From the NCBI GenBank assembly GCA_965226805.1, contig CBDDDW010000001.1, positions 24,233 through 88,232 of the forward strand: 64,000 nt of DNA, given 5' to 3'. Made by a program: the position numbers and the translations under genes. Every line of letters begins with the position of its first letter. The first letter of the stretch is position 1. Positions 1 through 11,900 of this stretch are shown piece by piece. This DNA is from Dehalococcoidia bacterium (GTDB taxonomy: Bacteria > Chloroflexota > Dehalococcoidia > Lucifugimonadales > JAGWBF01). The notes beneath the pieces were generated by a model. The model was not told where the DNA came from and did no database searches. It saw only the letters and a program-made list of their open reading frames with translations.

Positions 1-275
1 GCCGCTTGAATGTTCTCCTCTATCGAGTCAATACCTATGACGTCGTAACCCTTTGACCAGGCGTGGAATACATCGCGGGCTCCCGCGCCACAACCCGCGT
101 CCAGTCCTCGAGGGCCGGGCGCTAGCTGCACCAGCCGGTCCCAAAGGTCCCAGTCGTTCTTCAAGGCCGGGTGGGAGGTGTTGGAGTAGACCGATTGAAG
201 GAACTGATCGGATACCCTGGCATATTCCTGGGCGTAATGGCGATAGAAGTCGGTGGAGTAATCAGGAGAAGTCAC
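1..275 (-). CDS. class I SAM-dependent methyltransferase, N-terminal part (gene runs off the left window edge)
   Basis: Hand translation of the minus strand from GTG at 275 gives VTSPDYSTDFYRHYAQEYARVSDQF...LDAGCGAGARDVFHAWSKGYDVIGIDSIEENIQA, with no stop down to position 1. It contains the GxGxG SAM motif I. It is absent from the ORF track because it has no stop inside the window. Confidence 0.55.
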   Translation of the reverse strand, partial: MTSPDYSTDFYRHYAQEYARVSDQFLQSVYSNTSHPALKNDWDLWDRLVQLAPGPRGLDAGCGAGARDVFHAWSKGYDVIGIDSIEENIQA

Positions 276-421
276 GATATGTCCTGGGTGCGGCCCTTAA
301 CGCACTGACACGTTCTGGGGGTGTGACCGGTTTTTTCTACGATCATGAGCTCACCTCGTTCCGAAGAACAACTGCCCACAATTGGGTGGGCTTTGAACAG
401 GCCGAGTCCAAGGGAGGCCTA

Positions 422-1453
422 TCAGTCAAGTGCGGGAGGCTTCTCCGCGGTGACCAGGCCCAGTTGGGTAGGCAGTGGGATCGTCTTGGTGTGTTGGAAG
501 CCAGCGTCCTCGAGCCAGGACGCGACTTCCGCTCCCTCCCGATCACCAGCTCCTGGGTCGAAGACCACCAGGACATATAGGTCCTCCAGGGTATCCAGCC
601 GCTTACGCTGAGGGTCGTCTCCAATGCGAATATAGTCCTGAACGACCACCAAGCCCCCTGGCTCAAGAATGTCGAAGGCAAGCTTGAAGAGCCGGTGGCA
701 AGCCTCTTCCGGCTCGATCAAGATCACCCCCGAGATGAGGCAAATATCGTAGCCGGTACCAAGCTGGGTTTCAAAAAAGCTGCCTTCCAGGAATGTGATT
801 CGGTCCCGCAGGTTATTTTCTTCCACCAGGGATCTGGCGATGCTGAGGGGCTCCTTTTGGTCGACGACCACGGCCTCAAGCTGGGGATTGGTGTTACAGA
901 GCGCTATGCTGTAGCTGGCCGCCCCACCACCCAGGTCTATGAGCTTGCGCTTTTCTCGAACATCAAGGCTCTGCACCAGATAATGAGCTTGCCCAGAGGT
1001 CGCTCGGTTGTGCTGACCTATCATGTAGTTGGTCCAATAGGTGTCTGCGTCAACGTAGCCCGTCTCATAAGGAAGAAGAGTCTTACCTTCCTTGATTACC
1101 TCGTCGAGACGGCCCCAGGACGCCCAAGTATTCGTATGGTGGAGGGCGTGATCCCCGACGTATCCTGCTTTGCCCTTGACCAGAAATTTTGACGACATTG
1201 AGGAGTTGATGAATTTGCCGTCCTTCTTGTCCAGCAAGTCCAATACCACACAGCAATCCAGAAACGATTGAGTGTACCTGGGTGATGCACCGATGCGAAG
1301 GGCAACCTCCTGAGATGTCAAAGACTCGGTTTCCAGCCGAGAGAAGACATCAAGTTTTATCCCTGCTCGCAATATCGCCGAGTACCAGAAGTTTCTGGCC
1401 AACTCATTGACACGTTCCACGCCCAAATCGACGGGTGAGCCGGATTCTTTCAT
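422..1453 (-). CDS. O-methyltransferase (class I SAM-dependent, COMT/CrtF-like, with N-terminal dimerisation/winged-helix region)
   Basis: Track ORF 422-1495. SAM motif LIDLGGGAASYSIAL. N-terminal region NFWYSAILRAGIKLDVFSRL is typical of family-2 O-MTs. The likely start is the ATG at 1453 (MKESGSP), preceded by AAGGA. Confidence 0.8.
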   Translation of the reverse strand: MKESGSPVDLGVERVNELARNFWYSAILRAGIKLDVFSRLETESLTSQEVALRIGASPRYTQSFLDCCVVLDLLDKKDGKFINSSMSSKFLVKGKAGYVGDHALHHTNTWASWGRLDEVIKEGKTLLPYETGYVDADTYWTNYMIGQHNRATSGQAHYLVQSLDVREKRKLIDLGGGAASYSIALCNTNPQLEAVVVDQKEPLSIARSLVEENNLRDRITFLEGSFFETQLGTGYDICLISGVILIEPEEACHRLFKLAFDILEPGGLVVVQDYIRIGDDPQRKRLDTLEDLYVLVVFDPGAGDREGAEVASWLEDAGFQHTKTIPLPTQLGLVTAEKPPALD

Positions 1454-1966
1454 TGGTACAGTCCTTATCGATCGTTTTCGCTGACGGGAACCCACGGTGC
1501 TTGACTCAAGCTGCCAAACCTAGGGTCACTGCGGCGGCCAAACGGCAATGAGTGCAGATCTTGGAGTCCAGTGGGGAGGCCGGGACATGGTCGCGCGGCC
1601 TGGATTTGTTAGAGAAGATAGCTAGGGATCGCAGGGGGTGATATGGTTCCGACGGGGGGGACCAGTGGTATTAGGAAGGGGATTTCCAGTGTTCCGAATC
1701 ATGTCTCCCGAGGCTAAGGCTAGCTCCGGTAAAAAAAAAAGAGATTCAAGGTTCCAGTTATGTTCATTCCTTGATCCCGAGATGGATCACATTTACCCCA
1801 CATTCGCCGGCTTGGCGGTCATTGCACCTAGAGTGAACGAGCGTCTACAGTAGCGGGAACGTTATCACTTGTAGCCGATGCTGTCAAACGCCAACTCAAC
1901 CAGTGAGCTATATCCGCAGTACTTCTTGAAGGGCCGTGAAACGCGGGAGAAGAATCCAGTAGAGTG

Positions 1967-3130
1967 TTACTGGGTGGCGCGGTGGGACCGAAAGAAGGCG
2001 CGGACGTCCTCGGCCAGGAGCTCTGGCTCCTCCAGGGCCGCGAAGTGCCCTCCCCTGGGCATCTCCGTCCAGCGGCAGACGTTGTAGGACCGCTCGGCCC
2101 ATTCCCGAGGCGGCAGGCTTATCTCGGCAGGAAAAACAGCGATGGCCGCGGGCGTCGGCACCTGCGCATCCTTGCTCATCACCCACGCTTCACGCAGGTT
2201 CTCGTAATACATCCTAACGGAGGAGACGATGGTCTGCGTTACCCAGTAGATGGTAATGTTGGTCAGCAGCTCGTCCTTGGTGAACCGCCGCTCTACATCG
2301 CCGCCGCAGTCGCTCCAAGTGCGGTATTTCTCCACTATCCAGGCTGCCAACCCCAGGGGCGAATCGTTTAGGCCGTAAGACAGGGTCTGGGGCTTCGTGC
2401 CCTGGATGTGGTTGTAACCCCCCTCATCCTGCTGCCAGCGCCCCCGCTGTTCGATGAAGGCCTGCTCGGCCTCGTTCAACTCCCTCGACCCGGGGCCCAG
2501 ATAGGGCATGGGTTGGACGATCGAGCCGGTCATGTGGATGCCTATCGTGCGGTCAGCGTGGTAGTGGCCCAACCGTGCGGTGACCCCGGCGCCTATGTCT
2601 CCGCCCTGGGCGGCGAACCGTGGATATCCCAGGTTCTCGGTCATCAGCTTTGTCCACATCCCAGCAACCCGCCGGACTTCCATTCCGCGTTCGGTGGGCT
2701 TGTCCGAGAAGCCGAAGCCGGGCAGGGAGGGGGCGACCACGTCGAAAGCGTCGGCGGGATCTCCGCCGTGGGCGCCGGGGTCGGCCAGCAGAGGAATGAC
2801 CTTGTGCATCTCAAAGAAAGTGCTGGGCCAGCCATGGGTTATCACCAGCGGCATGGGGTTGGGACCTTTTCCCCGCTCGTGGACGAAATGGATGTCCAGC
2901 CCGTCCACCTTCGACTTGAAGTGATTGAACGCGTTTAGCTTGGTTTCCTGGGCGCGCCAATCGAATCCCGTGCGCCAATACTCGACCAGTCCCTTCAGGT
3001 ACTCTAGATTGGTGCCGTAGTCCCAGCCGGAGTTGGGGATCTCGTCGGGCCAGCGAACGGTCTCCAGGCGGCGCCGCAGGTCGTCCAGCACCTCATCGTG
3101 CACCTCGATCTTGAACGGCTTGACCTCCAT
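1967..3130 (-). CDS. epoxide hydrolase (alpha/beta hydrolase with N-terminal EHN domain)
   Basis: Track ORF 1967-3214. FKIEVHDEVLDDLRRRLETVRWPDE matches the EHN domain, and HGWPSTFFE matches the oxyanion-hole region of microsomal-type epoxide hydrolases. The likely start is the ATG at 3130 (MEVKPF) behind GAGGAGGG. Confidence 0.85.
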   Translation of the reverse strand: MEVKPFKIEVHDEVLDDLRRRLETVRWPDEIPNSGWDYGTNLEYLKGLVEYWRTGFDWRAQETKLNAFNHFKSKVDGLDIHFVHERGKGPNPMPLVITHGWPSTFFEMHKVIPLLADPGAHGGDPADAFDVVAPSLPGFGFSDKPTERGMEVRRVAGMWTKLMTENLGYPRFAAQGGDIGAGVTARLGHYHADRTIGIHMTGSIVQPMPYLGPGSRELNEAEQAFIEQRGRWQQDEGGYNHIQGTKPQTLSYGLNDSPLGLAAWIVEKYRTWSDCGGDVERRFTKDELLTNITIYWVTQTIVSSVRMYYENLREAWVMSKDAQVPTPAAIAVFPAEISLPPREWAERSYNVCRWTEMPRGGHFAALEEPELLAEDVRAFFRSHRATQ

Positions 3131-3285
3131 CTCTCTACCCTCCTCAATTCTCGGTCCCAGGCGCCCAGCAGGGTGCTGAAAAACCCTTTCGACCATCCCC
3201 CTGACCTCTTCCATTCGACAGGCTCAGGACAGGCAAAGGGGCTTCGCCCCCCTGTACTCCCTTTCTTCATCAGCCGCCTAGACGG

Positions 3286-4302
3286 CTAGACATCTATTGA
3301 GTAGACGCGGGCGGCGGTGTCGTGGAACAGGGCGGTCCGCTCTGAGTGCGAATACCCCTGCGAAAGCCGCTTAAAGGCGTTGTAAAGAACGTTGTACGAG
3401 TAGGACACCTTGTCGACCGGGAAGTTGCTCTCGAACATGCACCGGTCGGACCCGAACTGTTCAATGCAGTAATTCATGAGCGGCGCCAGCGACTCGGCCA
3501 GCTCCTCCGACCCCACTGGGACCTCCCGCTTCGACCAGTCGAAGCCGTACCGCGCCTGGCCCATCCCGCCCAGCTTCATGACGATGTTGGGGCACTGGGC
3601 CACGGTGGCCACGCCCCTACGCCACTCGGCCAGCACCTCGTTGTCGCGGTTGGCGTAGTGGCCCACCCGCAGCAGCCCGCCGATATGGTTCAGGACGATC
3701 GTGAGCTCGGGTACCGCGTTGGCGAAATCGGCCATCTCGTCCAACTGTGGGAAATACAGGGAGTTTTCCAACAAGAAGCCCATCTCCGCCAGGACCCGCC
3801 CGCCGGCCCGGTAGCCATCGGTGGCCAGGACACCCCGTATTTCCCGGTCCCGCACCTCCGGCGTGGGGTCCCAGCCCACCGAGTGGCGGACCCCGCGGAA
3901 ACGGTCAGGGCTGGCAACCTGGAGCGCCTCAAGGACCGGGCGCATTCGCTCGCCCAGCTTCAGGTCGGCCCGGCCGATGATGGCGGCGGCGGCGCGGGCC
4001 GGTCCGTAGTCCCCACTGGTGCTGTCATCGGCCAGTTTCTGCGCGAACTCCACCTCGCCTACCGGGCGCAACTCCTCGGGACCTCCCGTGTGGTACTCGG
4101 AGCTGGCCTCGATGAACACAGTGGAGCGGACATTGTGGCCGCTGTTGATGTCGGCCGCAAGGTCCGCCAGCAGGTATTGCTGATATGCCAGTGGCTCAGG
4201 CCGGTGCACCCAGAAGTGATGGTGGGAGTCGCAGATGGACAGGTCTGGTTCCAGTGTGGGCTCCTGAGTCCGGGCCAACCAGTCGGCGTCTCCAATGGGC
4301 AT
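3286..4302 (-). CDS. amidohydrolase-2 family metal-dependent hydrolase (TIM barrel)
   Basis: 338-aa ORF. N-terminal metal-binding motif ICDSHHHFW. The length and C-terminal FHDTAARVY are typical of the PF04909-type family. Confidence 0.8.
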   Translation of the reverse strand: MPIGDADWLARTQEPTLEPDLSICDSHHHFWVHRPEPLAYQQYLLADLAADINSGHNVRSTVFIEASSEYHTGGPEELRPVGEVEFAQKLADDSTSGDYGPARAAAAIIGRADLKLGERMRPVLEALQVASPDRFRGVRHSVGWDPTPEVRDREIRGVLATDGYRAGGRVLAEMGFLLENSLYFPQLDEMADFANAVPELTIVLNHIGGLLRVGHYANRDNEVLAEWRRGVATVAQCPNIVMKLGGMGQARYGFDWSKREVPVGSEELAESLAPLMNYCIEQFGSDRCMFESNFPVDKVSYSYNVLYNAFKRLSQGYSHSERTALFHDTAARVYSIDV

Positions 4303-4617
4303 AATCCGTCCGTCCTCTATCTTCAGGGTCGGCGTCCCGGCCTGTCCGAACTGCGGGCAATTTTCAGGTTGATCGACCTATGCCACGGCTAATCTATGGG
4401 CGGTTGTTGCTCGGTCTCCGAGGAGGATAACCTAATCGGAGAGCTCCACGCAATGGCTGGCGACCCGTGGACAAGGCACCTCCTCCGACGGACCCAGTCG
4501 GAGTAGAAGTTAGTGCGTTGAAATCCGTGAAGCACTGGTCACCGCCCGGCCACAAGACCAGGTTAAGTAGGATCGGCGGACGTCTGATGAGTCACGCTCG
4601 GCTTGGCCGCAAGTCAG

Positions 4618-4646
4618 TTGACATAGAAAATGTCGGCTAGTATAGT
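4618..4646 (+). promoter_or_regulatory. sigma-70-type promoter candidate, TTGACA-17 nt-TATAGT
   Basis: TTGACA at 4618-4623, an exact 17-nt spacer, and TATAGT at 4641-4646. It lies about 35 nt upstream of the GlcG-like start in a 330-nt divergent intergenic region. Confidence 0.5.
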
Positions 4647-4680
4647 TTGCGCTTATTCCAAAAAGGTGAGGTGGTCGGCT

Positions 4681-5100
4681 GTGTACAACAAACCCATGTT
4701 GAGTCTCGATCAGGCTCGGGCAGCCATCGATGCGATGATTGCCGAGTACAACAAAAACCCCGACCGGCGCAAGGTAGATATGGCTGTGGTGGATGACGCG
4801 GGAAACCTTATCGCCTATGCTCGGATGGATAGGTGTCCGAGGCCCACCTTCGCCAGCAGGAAGGCCTACACATCAGCCTTGCGAGGGGCTGATACTGGGG
4901 CTCTCGCGGAGCAGCTCAAGAGCCAGGGTAGGACGCTGGAGTCCCTCGGCGACCCCAACCTCATCGCCATCGGAGGTGGAGTAGTAGTGGTCAACCCGAG
5001 TGACGGGGCCGTCGTCGGAGGCATCGGCGTTGGAGGACTCCCCACGGGGCAGGAGGACGAGGTGATCGCTAAGGTGGGCCTAAAGGCGCTGAACCTCTAA
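4681..5100 (+). CDS. GlcG/HbpS-like heme-binding protein (DUF336)
   Basis: Track ORF 4630-5100. The C-terminal IAIGGGVVVV...GAVVGGIGVGGLPTGQEDEVIA is the DUF336 signature. The start is probably the GTG at 4681, 6 nt after GGTGAGGTGG. The ATG at 4696 is an alternative. Confidence 0.8.
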   Translation: MYNKPMLSLDQARAAIDAMIAEYNKNPDRRKVDMAVVDDAGNLIAYARMDRCPRPTFASRKAYTSALRGADTGALAEQLKSQGRTLESLGDPNLIAIGGGVVVVNPSDGAVVGGIGVGGLPTGQEDEVIAKVGLKALNL

Positions 5101-5135
5101 CGGGCGCCCTAAGCAATAGTGGGACGATACATGGG

Positions 5136-8100
5136 CTAGGAGTCCGCTGGCCAGGGGCTTTCGGACCTGCCGAAGTTCGATGCGGCGATCGCCAGATCGA
5201 GGACGTCCACCGACCCGTCGCCGTTAATGTCCGAATCCGTATCGATTGTATTGAAGTGGTTTCCGATTATCCGCAGGTCCCGGAAATCCACGTCACCATC
5301 CCCATCGGCATCTCCTCCGGCGAGCGTGACAAGAGGCAACGCGTTGGGCTGATCGATACCCACGACTAAGCCGACCTGCCTGGCCGGCAGATACCCAGAG
5401 TGACTCGCTTCTACGTCGTAGTTGCCTGGTGGAAGGTCCACGGAAAAGCTGCCCGCTTCGTCAGTCGTAACCTCATGGACGCCGCCGGTAGCGGTGTCAG
5501 CGAATGTCACCAAGACCCCAGCATGGTTGGTCCTGCCCTGCAAGGTCACTTGGCCCGTGACCACGAAAAAGCCTGGAACCACCACCTCGGGCAGTGTCTC
5601 AATTTTCTCGTTGTTGTCTTCGGTAGACTCCGTGACCTCCTGGCCGGAGTCGGCTATGGCTTTGACCTCGTGTATGCCAACGCGAGAAGTCCAGGTCTGA
5701 GTGGCCTGGCGCTCTTGACCCGCAGTCATGTCGCCGGTGATTCTCGCCTGCCCGATGAACGCGTTGTCGATCTCAAAGCGCACGTTGAAATCCCGTGTTG
5801 TACTGTTCTCGCTGATGTTTTTCACGGTGGCAGTGAACGTCACCTCCTCTCCCGCGTTGATCCCAGGGGCCGGGACCCACGCTATGGAGATGACGACAAG
5901 GTCCGTGGCAGGGACGTTGGGCATTGTCGCGGAAAGAGTGTTGTTGTTCTCGTCGGTCTCCTCAACTGCGTTGGTCTCGTCCACGGTGGCCGTGAGAATA
6001 TGAATCCCTACCTGGGAGGTCCAGAGCTGAGACGCCACCTTGAACTGGCCGGCCGTCAACCCTCCGGTGACCAGGTAGCTTCCGATGAAGACCCCGTCCA
6101 CCTCGAACCGGACTGAGAAGTCACGCAGGGTGGCGCCGCTCCCAGTGTTCAGCAGCGTGGCGAAGACTGGGATCTCTTCCCCATCGCTGAACTGGGCCGC
6201 GGGAGACCAGGTCACCTCGAAGACGATCAGGTCCGGCGCCACCACCTCCGGCAGCTGCTCAATCAGCTGGTTGTTCTGCTCGTCCGATTCGGTTACGGCG
6301 TCGGCCTCGTCGACAACCACCGTTGCTGTGTGTATCCCACCCTCTGAGGTCCACACCCGGCTAACGCTGACCTGCTCACCCGTTGAGAGGCCGCCCGTCA
6401 CCAGACGGCTGCCGATCGCGACGCCGTCCACTTCGAACCGGACTGAGAAGTCACGCAGGGTGCTCCCTTCACCTGTGTTCACTATCAAAGCGGTAATAGA
6501 CACTTCCTGACCGTCGAATATCCCTTCTGAGGGATCGAAGTCCATGTCCAGCACCACCAGGGTCGGAAGCGGGGACCTCCGGCAGCGAGAGGGTCAAGGA
6601 GTTGTTGGCCTCGTCGGCCTCAGTGACCGCGCCTTCGCTGTCGGCGATCGCTTTCGCCGTGTAGGCGCCGACTTGGGCGGTCCAGTCGGCGGTGATCACC
6701 ACTGACTCTCCGATAGACAGCCCGCCCGTGACCAGCTCTTCAGCCAGAAAGGCGTCGTCTATCTCGAAGCGAACCAGGAAGTTGCCCGGCAAGTCCCCAC
6801 TACCGGCGTTGGACACTGTTGCAACGACAGCCACCTGCTGACCATCGACAAGGGTCTCTTGGGGGAGCGTGATAATCTGGGATACCACCAGGTCGGGAGC
6901 CCCTATCGTAGGCAGGTTCTCAACCCGATCGTTATTTCCTTCTATGGACTCTGGCACTGCATCGAACCGGTCGGCGAATGCCCTTACGTTGTGGTCACCA
7001 AGACTGGCCGTCCAGGTCTGGCTCACCTGGACCGAGCCGCCCCTGGCAAGTCCATTGACGACGCTCTGGCCGATGAAGACCCCGTCCAGTTCGAAAAAGA
7101 CGTGGAACTCCCTGGAGGTGCCGCCTTCTCCAGTGTTGACCACCGTGGCTGTGAAGTTCACCTGTTCACCGTCGTCGATACTAGCTGGCGGGGTCCACGA
7201 GATATCGGATACGACGAGGTCCGGGGAGGGGACATCGGGCAATGTCAGGACCATCTCGTTGTTGTTCCTCGTTCGACTCACCGATAGCGCCCAGCTCATC
7301 AGCGATTACAGTCAGGGTGTGGGTCCCTGGTGAGACCCCCCAGACCTGATTCACTTGCAACTGCCCTCCGGCCTCCAACCCACCCCTGACCCGATGACTC
7401 CCGATCTTTACCTGGTCCACTTTGAAGGCCACATGAAAGTCGTCGAAGATGGCCCCATCGCCTGTGTTCGCGATTGTAGCGGTAATAGTAACGATATCGC
7501 CGTCCTGGAAGTCGAGGGGAGTGACGTTGAGATCGATCACCGTCAGGTCTGTGGGCAGGGCGACCACCGAAACGCTGATCGTCCCATCTACGGAGCCGCC
7601 GTTGGAGCTGACGGTGACGGTCCCTGTATGAGTTAGGCCTCCCTCCAGGGAGCTTGTATCCGCGGTCACGACAACGGCGTCCGTCTCGGCAGTGGTTGTG
7701 CCCTGAGCGGGCCGGCGCTCACCGTCCAATCCAGGGTACCCGTACCGCAGTTCGTGAGTTCAAAGGACCCCTGAACAATATCGCCCCGGTTCAGCTCGCC
7801 GAAATTGATTGAAGGTGGGAATGGGGAGGTGCACAGTAACGGGTCCACTGGGACTATAACCGACAGCGTATGCCCTACTGCCTGGGAAGGTATCGGCCGG
7901 GACTGGGTGTCTCCCAGGACCACATCCTCCAGAGTGATATCTCCTGTCGCCCCTTCTCCACCCACTACCAGAAACGACACTCCCGCCAGGTAGCCTATGC
8001 CGGTGGCGCCGTCGATACCGGGGATATTCTGGATTATCCTGATCCTCCCTGGCGCGATCTCCATCCAGGCATCCACAGGAATCGCAGTGCCATTTATCAG

Positions 8101-8808
8101 GCCAGGGGTAACGTCCGCCGTCCTCAGCACGTTGGGATCGAAGACCACGTCGTAGTTCGCGGCGTCGAAGTTGGTTACCTCGCTGATCCGGATAAGCGCG
8201 GTGAAGTTGCTATCGACGAACACCTGGTCGGGGGCATCTATGCTCACGGTCACCACCTGATGGGGGGTGACGGTAACTGAGTCGCCTACCCACTCGGCTG
8301 GTATGGCGTTGGCTAAGTTGTCGCCAAGCACGCCGTCCTCGAGGTCAATGGAACTCGTCTCGCCGGGGGACCCCACGGCGCGGAAATGCACCTCAGCAAG
8401 GGAGCCAGTGCCGCTGACGCCCGCTAGTCCGGGCACGTTTTGGACTACAGTGACCCTCCCGGAGGCGTTGTCTATATTCCGTGCGCCCACGGGGATTTCC
8501 GTGCCACCTATGTTGCCGGACGTGACGTCCGTGACTGCCAGGACGCCCGGATTGAAGGTAACGACGTAGTTCGCGGCGTCGAAGTTGTCTACCTGGGAGA
8601 TAAGGATCGGAGCCACAAAATCTGAGTCCTCCAGCACCAAATCAGGGGCCTGAATGCTGACGGTGACGTGACCCTCGGCTTGGGCAGATTGAAAGAGGAG
8701 GACGTGGGCCGCTGCGAAGGCAGTGAGACACAGGAGGATAAGGAATACTAAGAACGGGCCGTAGAGCGGCCACCTAGTCCAGTATAAAGTCCTTAGCCTC
8801 ACCCCCAA
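5136..8808 (-). CDS. large cell-surface protein: N-terminal signal anchor, 2 cohesin-like domains, 6 CARDB repeats, CarboxypepD_reg-like domain, C-terminal dockerin; frame broken 3 times
   Basis: Track ORFs 7666-8808, 7181-7729, 6469-7299 and 5136-6557 overlap end to end, and the repeat pattern continues across each junction. Cohesin-like: ISQVDNFDAANYVVTFNPGVLAVTDV. CARDB: TALIVNTGEGSTLRDFSVRFEVDG. Dockerin: DADGDGDVDFRDL...DINGDGSVDVLDL. Confidence 0.75.
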
Positions 8809-8907
8809 CTACCCTTACCGTACCTGTAGGGCTCGTAGCCCTGGGGGTCAGCTGAACTCAGGAGAGTATGGCCTGCCACGAACGGCTGCATCGGTATACC
8901 CTGCACA

Positions 8908-11900
8908 TCAGGCCAGGCCTGCGATGATGCGCTCGATCATGGTGAGGTCCAGGGCGTTGACCGCCCCGTCCTCGTTGGCGTCGGCGCCAGGCGTGGGGTC
9001 GGCTAGGCCAAGGATGATCAGCTCTGTCATCGTGATGTCCAGGGCGCTGACCTGACCGTCGCCATTGGCATCGCCGGGGAGCACCGTACGGACTTCTACC
9101 GAATCGCCGAACCACGCCACGCTTATCGCGTTGGCCAGATTGTCCCCCAACACTCCGTCGACCAGCCCCAGGTCGCTGGTATCGGACCCAGTCCCGATGA
9201 CCTGGAAGTGAAGGACCGCCAGCCAGCCGGAGCCGGATATCCCAGGGACGCCGGGGACGTTCTGGACGACAACGGCATTCCCACTTCCGTCCCCAGTACT
9301 CCAGGCGTCCACGGGGATGTCGGTGCCATTGATCCGCCCGTCGGTGACATTGGTCAGCTGGAGGACCAATGGGTCATAGGTCACGGTGTAGTTGGCGGCG
9401 TCGAAATTCTCCACCTGGCTTATCCTGATAACCGCCGTGAAGCCGCCGCCCGCCAGCACGAAGGTGGGGGCGTCAACCGTAACATTGACCCCACCCGCGT
9501 CCAGTGTAGAACCGCTGGCCTCATTGGACAGAGCTGAGATGTTCGCTCCCTCGTCCGACACTGTCATCCTGAAGTACAGCATCGTGGCGGGCGGGAGCCC
9601 GGTCACGGTAAAGCCTTGGAGGAAGCCGGCGGGTTGTGGCACGGGCTCTCCCGACACTTGGGTGGCCGAATCCCAGTTTGCGTCGGTGATGGGCGACGTG
9701 GAGTATCGCAGGTCGTACGAGCTCGCCGTGCCCGAGTTGCCGTCATCGCCCACGGCGGTCCATATGAGCTCCACCGAGCTGGGCGTGAAACCGGTAGCTT
9801 CAAGGTCATCGATGGCTGCGGGCGCTACGTCGTCCCTCTCGTCGATGCGGATGTTGTCGAGATACCAGCCGTCACGCTGGTGGTTATTTATGCCACTGCT
9901 GGTGTGGGTGTCCCGGTTGTCGTCGAGGACGAACTTGATCCTGACCGAGTCCAAACCCACGAACGTGGCCGGGATGTCGATCGCGACCCTGGTCCACTCG
10001 TTCAGAGTGCCCCAATAGGTAGCGAGGGACTGCCAGGTGCCCTCCTGTCCGAAGTAGTTGGAAATGTAAATCCGGCCGCGGTCGTGCTCGTTGATCCAAT
10101 GTTGTCCATCGTGGCCACTACCGAAGTCGTAAATGACGTATTTGTGCCAGAACGTGAGCTGAGGGTTGTCAGCGCTGCTGAGGTCAATCACATTGCTTAG
10201 TACCAGCTCCGACCATGTGTCCAGCGAATAATCCCCCCGCGGGCTTTCGTGCCAGGCGTTGTCGCCTTCGAAGGAGGTTGGCACCAACCCCCAGGAGCCG
10301 GATGCCCAATTACCTCCTCCGTCTTCCATGCCGTCGAAGAACGGGTAGTCAAGGCGAGGTGGCAGGGCCTCTCTCACCGTTACATCGTCGATGTACCAGC
10401 CGTCGGCAGAGGTGCTGCCGTTAGAGCGCACCCTGAATCGGATGAGCAGACCGGCTTGGCCGGCATAGGAGGAGAGGTCCACCAGCTCTCTGACCCACCC
10501 CGGGCCGCCGCCCGTGACGAAGTACAGCTGCGTCCAACTGGCGCCGGCGTTGGTAGAGATCTCCACGTGGCCGAAGTCTCGGTTCTCTTCCAGGCTGTAT
10601 ATGTGCCAGAACTCAAGAACAGGCATCTCGGACACTGAGAGGTCGATCTCTATCTGCAATGACGTACTGACGTTGTTGACGTAGACACTGTTGGGGCTAT
10701 CGGTCCACGAGTAAACTCCACTATGAGCCTCTTCTTGGGTCAATCCCCAGGGCGAGTCGTAGAACCAGGCGCCGGACCCGCTCTCCATGTCGTCGGAGTA
10801 GGGGAATTCGACGTTGAGGGGGCCCTCGTCGATACTCACGTCATCGATGTACCAGCCATCGGCCCTGCCGCTGCTGTCCGAGTCCAGCCGGAATCTGAGG
10901 TGGATCACGTCTCCGACATATCCGCTTAGGTCCACCTTCTCCTGGTTCCAGTCCTCGATGCCGGTGGCTCTGAACACATTTACCCAGGTGGCGCCGCCGT
11001 TGTTGGAAACCTCAACGTAGCCGTAATCCCTGCCCACCTCCAGGGCCGTCCTGTGCCAGAAGGTCAGCGCTGGGGAGCCTGCCGCGGCCAATGAGATGGA
11101 TGTCGTAAGGGCCGTATTGGCGTCGTCGGCGTAAGGGCCGACGGGGCTGTCCGCCCAGGAGGTGATACCACTGTAAGCAACGCTGGAAAGGCCCCACGGA
11201 GCGCTCCACTCCCAGTTGCTGGTCGTGTCCCCTTCCATATTATCGAAGAAGGGGTATGCGACCTCTGGCAGGCTATAGATCGCCTCTACCTGGTTGCTAC
11301 CCAGGCTGTACACACCGAGGTCGTCTATGACCCATATCTTGTAACGGAATGTGTCTGGTTCCAGGATGGTGTAGACGTCGGTGAAGGACGTAATGCTCTG
11401 GTCATCGATAGTCTGTACCAGAGTGCTGTTGGTGGTGACCGTGCCCTTGCTCCGGTAGATTTCATACCGGTTAAACGTGGCATTCGTGTTCTGTGTCCAG
11501 CTCAGATCGGTGCTGTGCATGGTGACATTCGCCGGCGGGCTCACGACCACGTCCCGCGGAGCGTCCTGGATTCTCACGTCGTCGATGAACCACCCGTCTC
11601 GCTGATGGTTGTTAATGCCGCTGCTTGTGTGGGTATCTCTGTTGTCGTCCAGGACGAACTTGATCCTCACCGAGCTGAGGCCCACCCAGTCGGACAGGTC
11701 GATTTGGACCTTGGTCCAATCGTTCTGGGTTCCCCAGAAGGTGGCCAGCTGGGTCCATGTCCCACCCTGGCCGAAGAAGTTGGATACGTACACCCGGCCG
11801 CGGTCATGTTCATTGATCCAGTGTTGCCCATCGTGGCCACTACCGAAGTCGTATATGACGTACTTGTGCCAGAATATGAGCTTGGGGTTGTTGGCCGCAC

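Noticed and set aside
1731-1740. A10 tract in the 470-nt intergenic region between the epoxide hydrolase and O-methyltransferase genes.
   Set aside because: It is striking in GC-rich DNA, but no adjacent hairpin (terminator) or ORF makes it functional. It is noted only as a slippage-prone or assembly-prone site.
3346-4392. Long antisense ORFs overlapping well-supported genes. Examples are 3346-4392(+), 16328-17266(+), 20107-20766(-), 20902-21633(-), 22094-22777(-), 36465-37400(-), 42700-43371(-) and 59240-60409(-).
   Set aside because: They are typical shadow ORFs of high-GC DNA. Their translations are Arg/Pro/Gly-rich with no motifs, whereas the opposite strand carries clear family signatures.
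5136-7729. Regularly spaced ~300-nt repeats that could be mistaken for a repeat array or CRISPR.
   Set aside because: They are coding CARDB domain repeats that diverge at the nucleotide level. There are no short identical direct repeats with unique spacers, and no cas genes.
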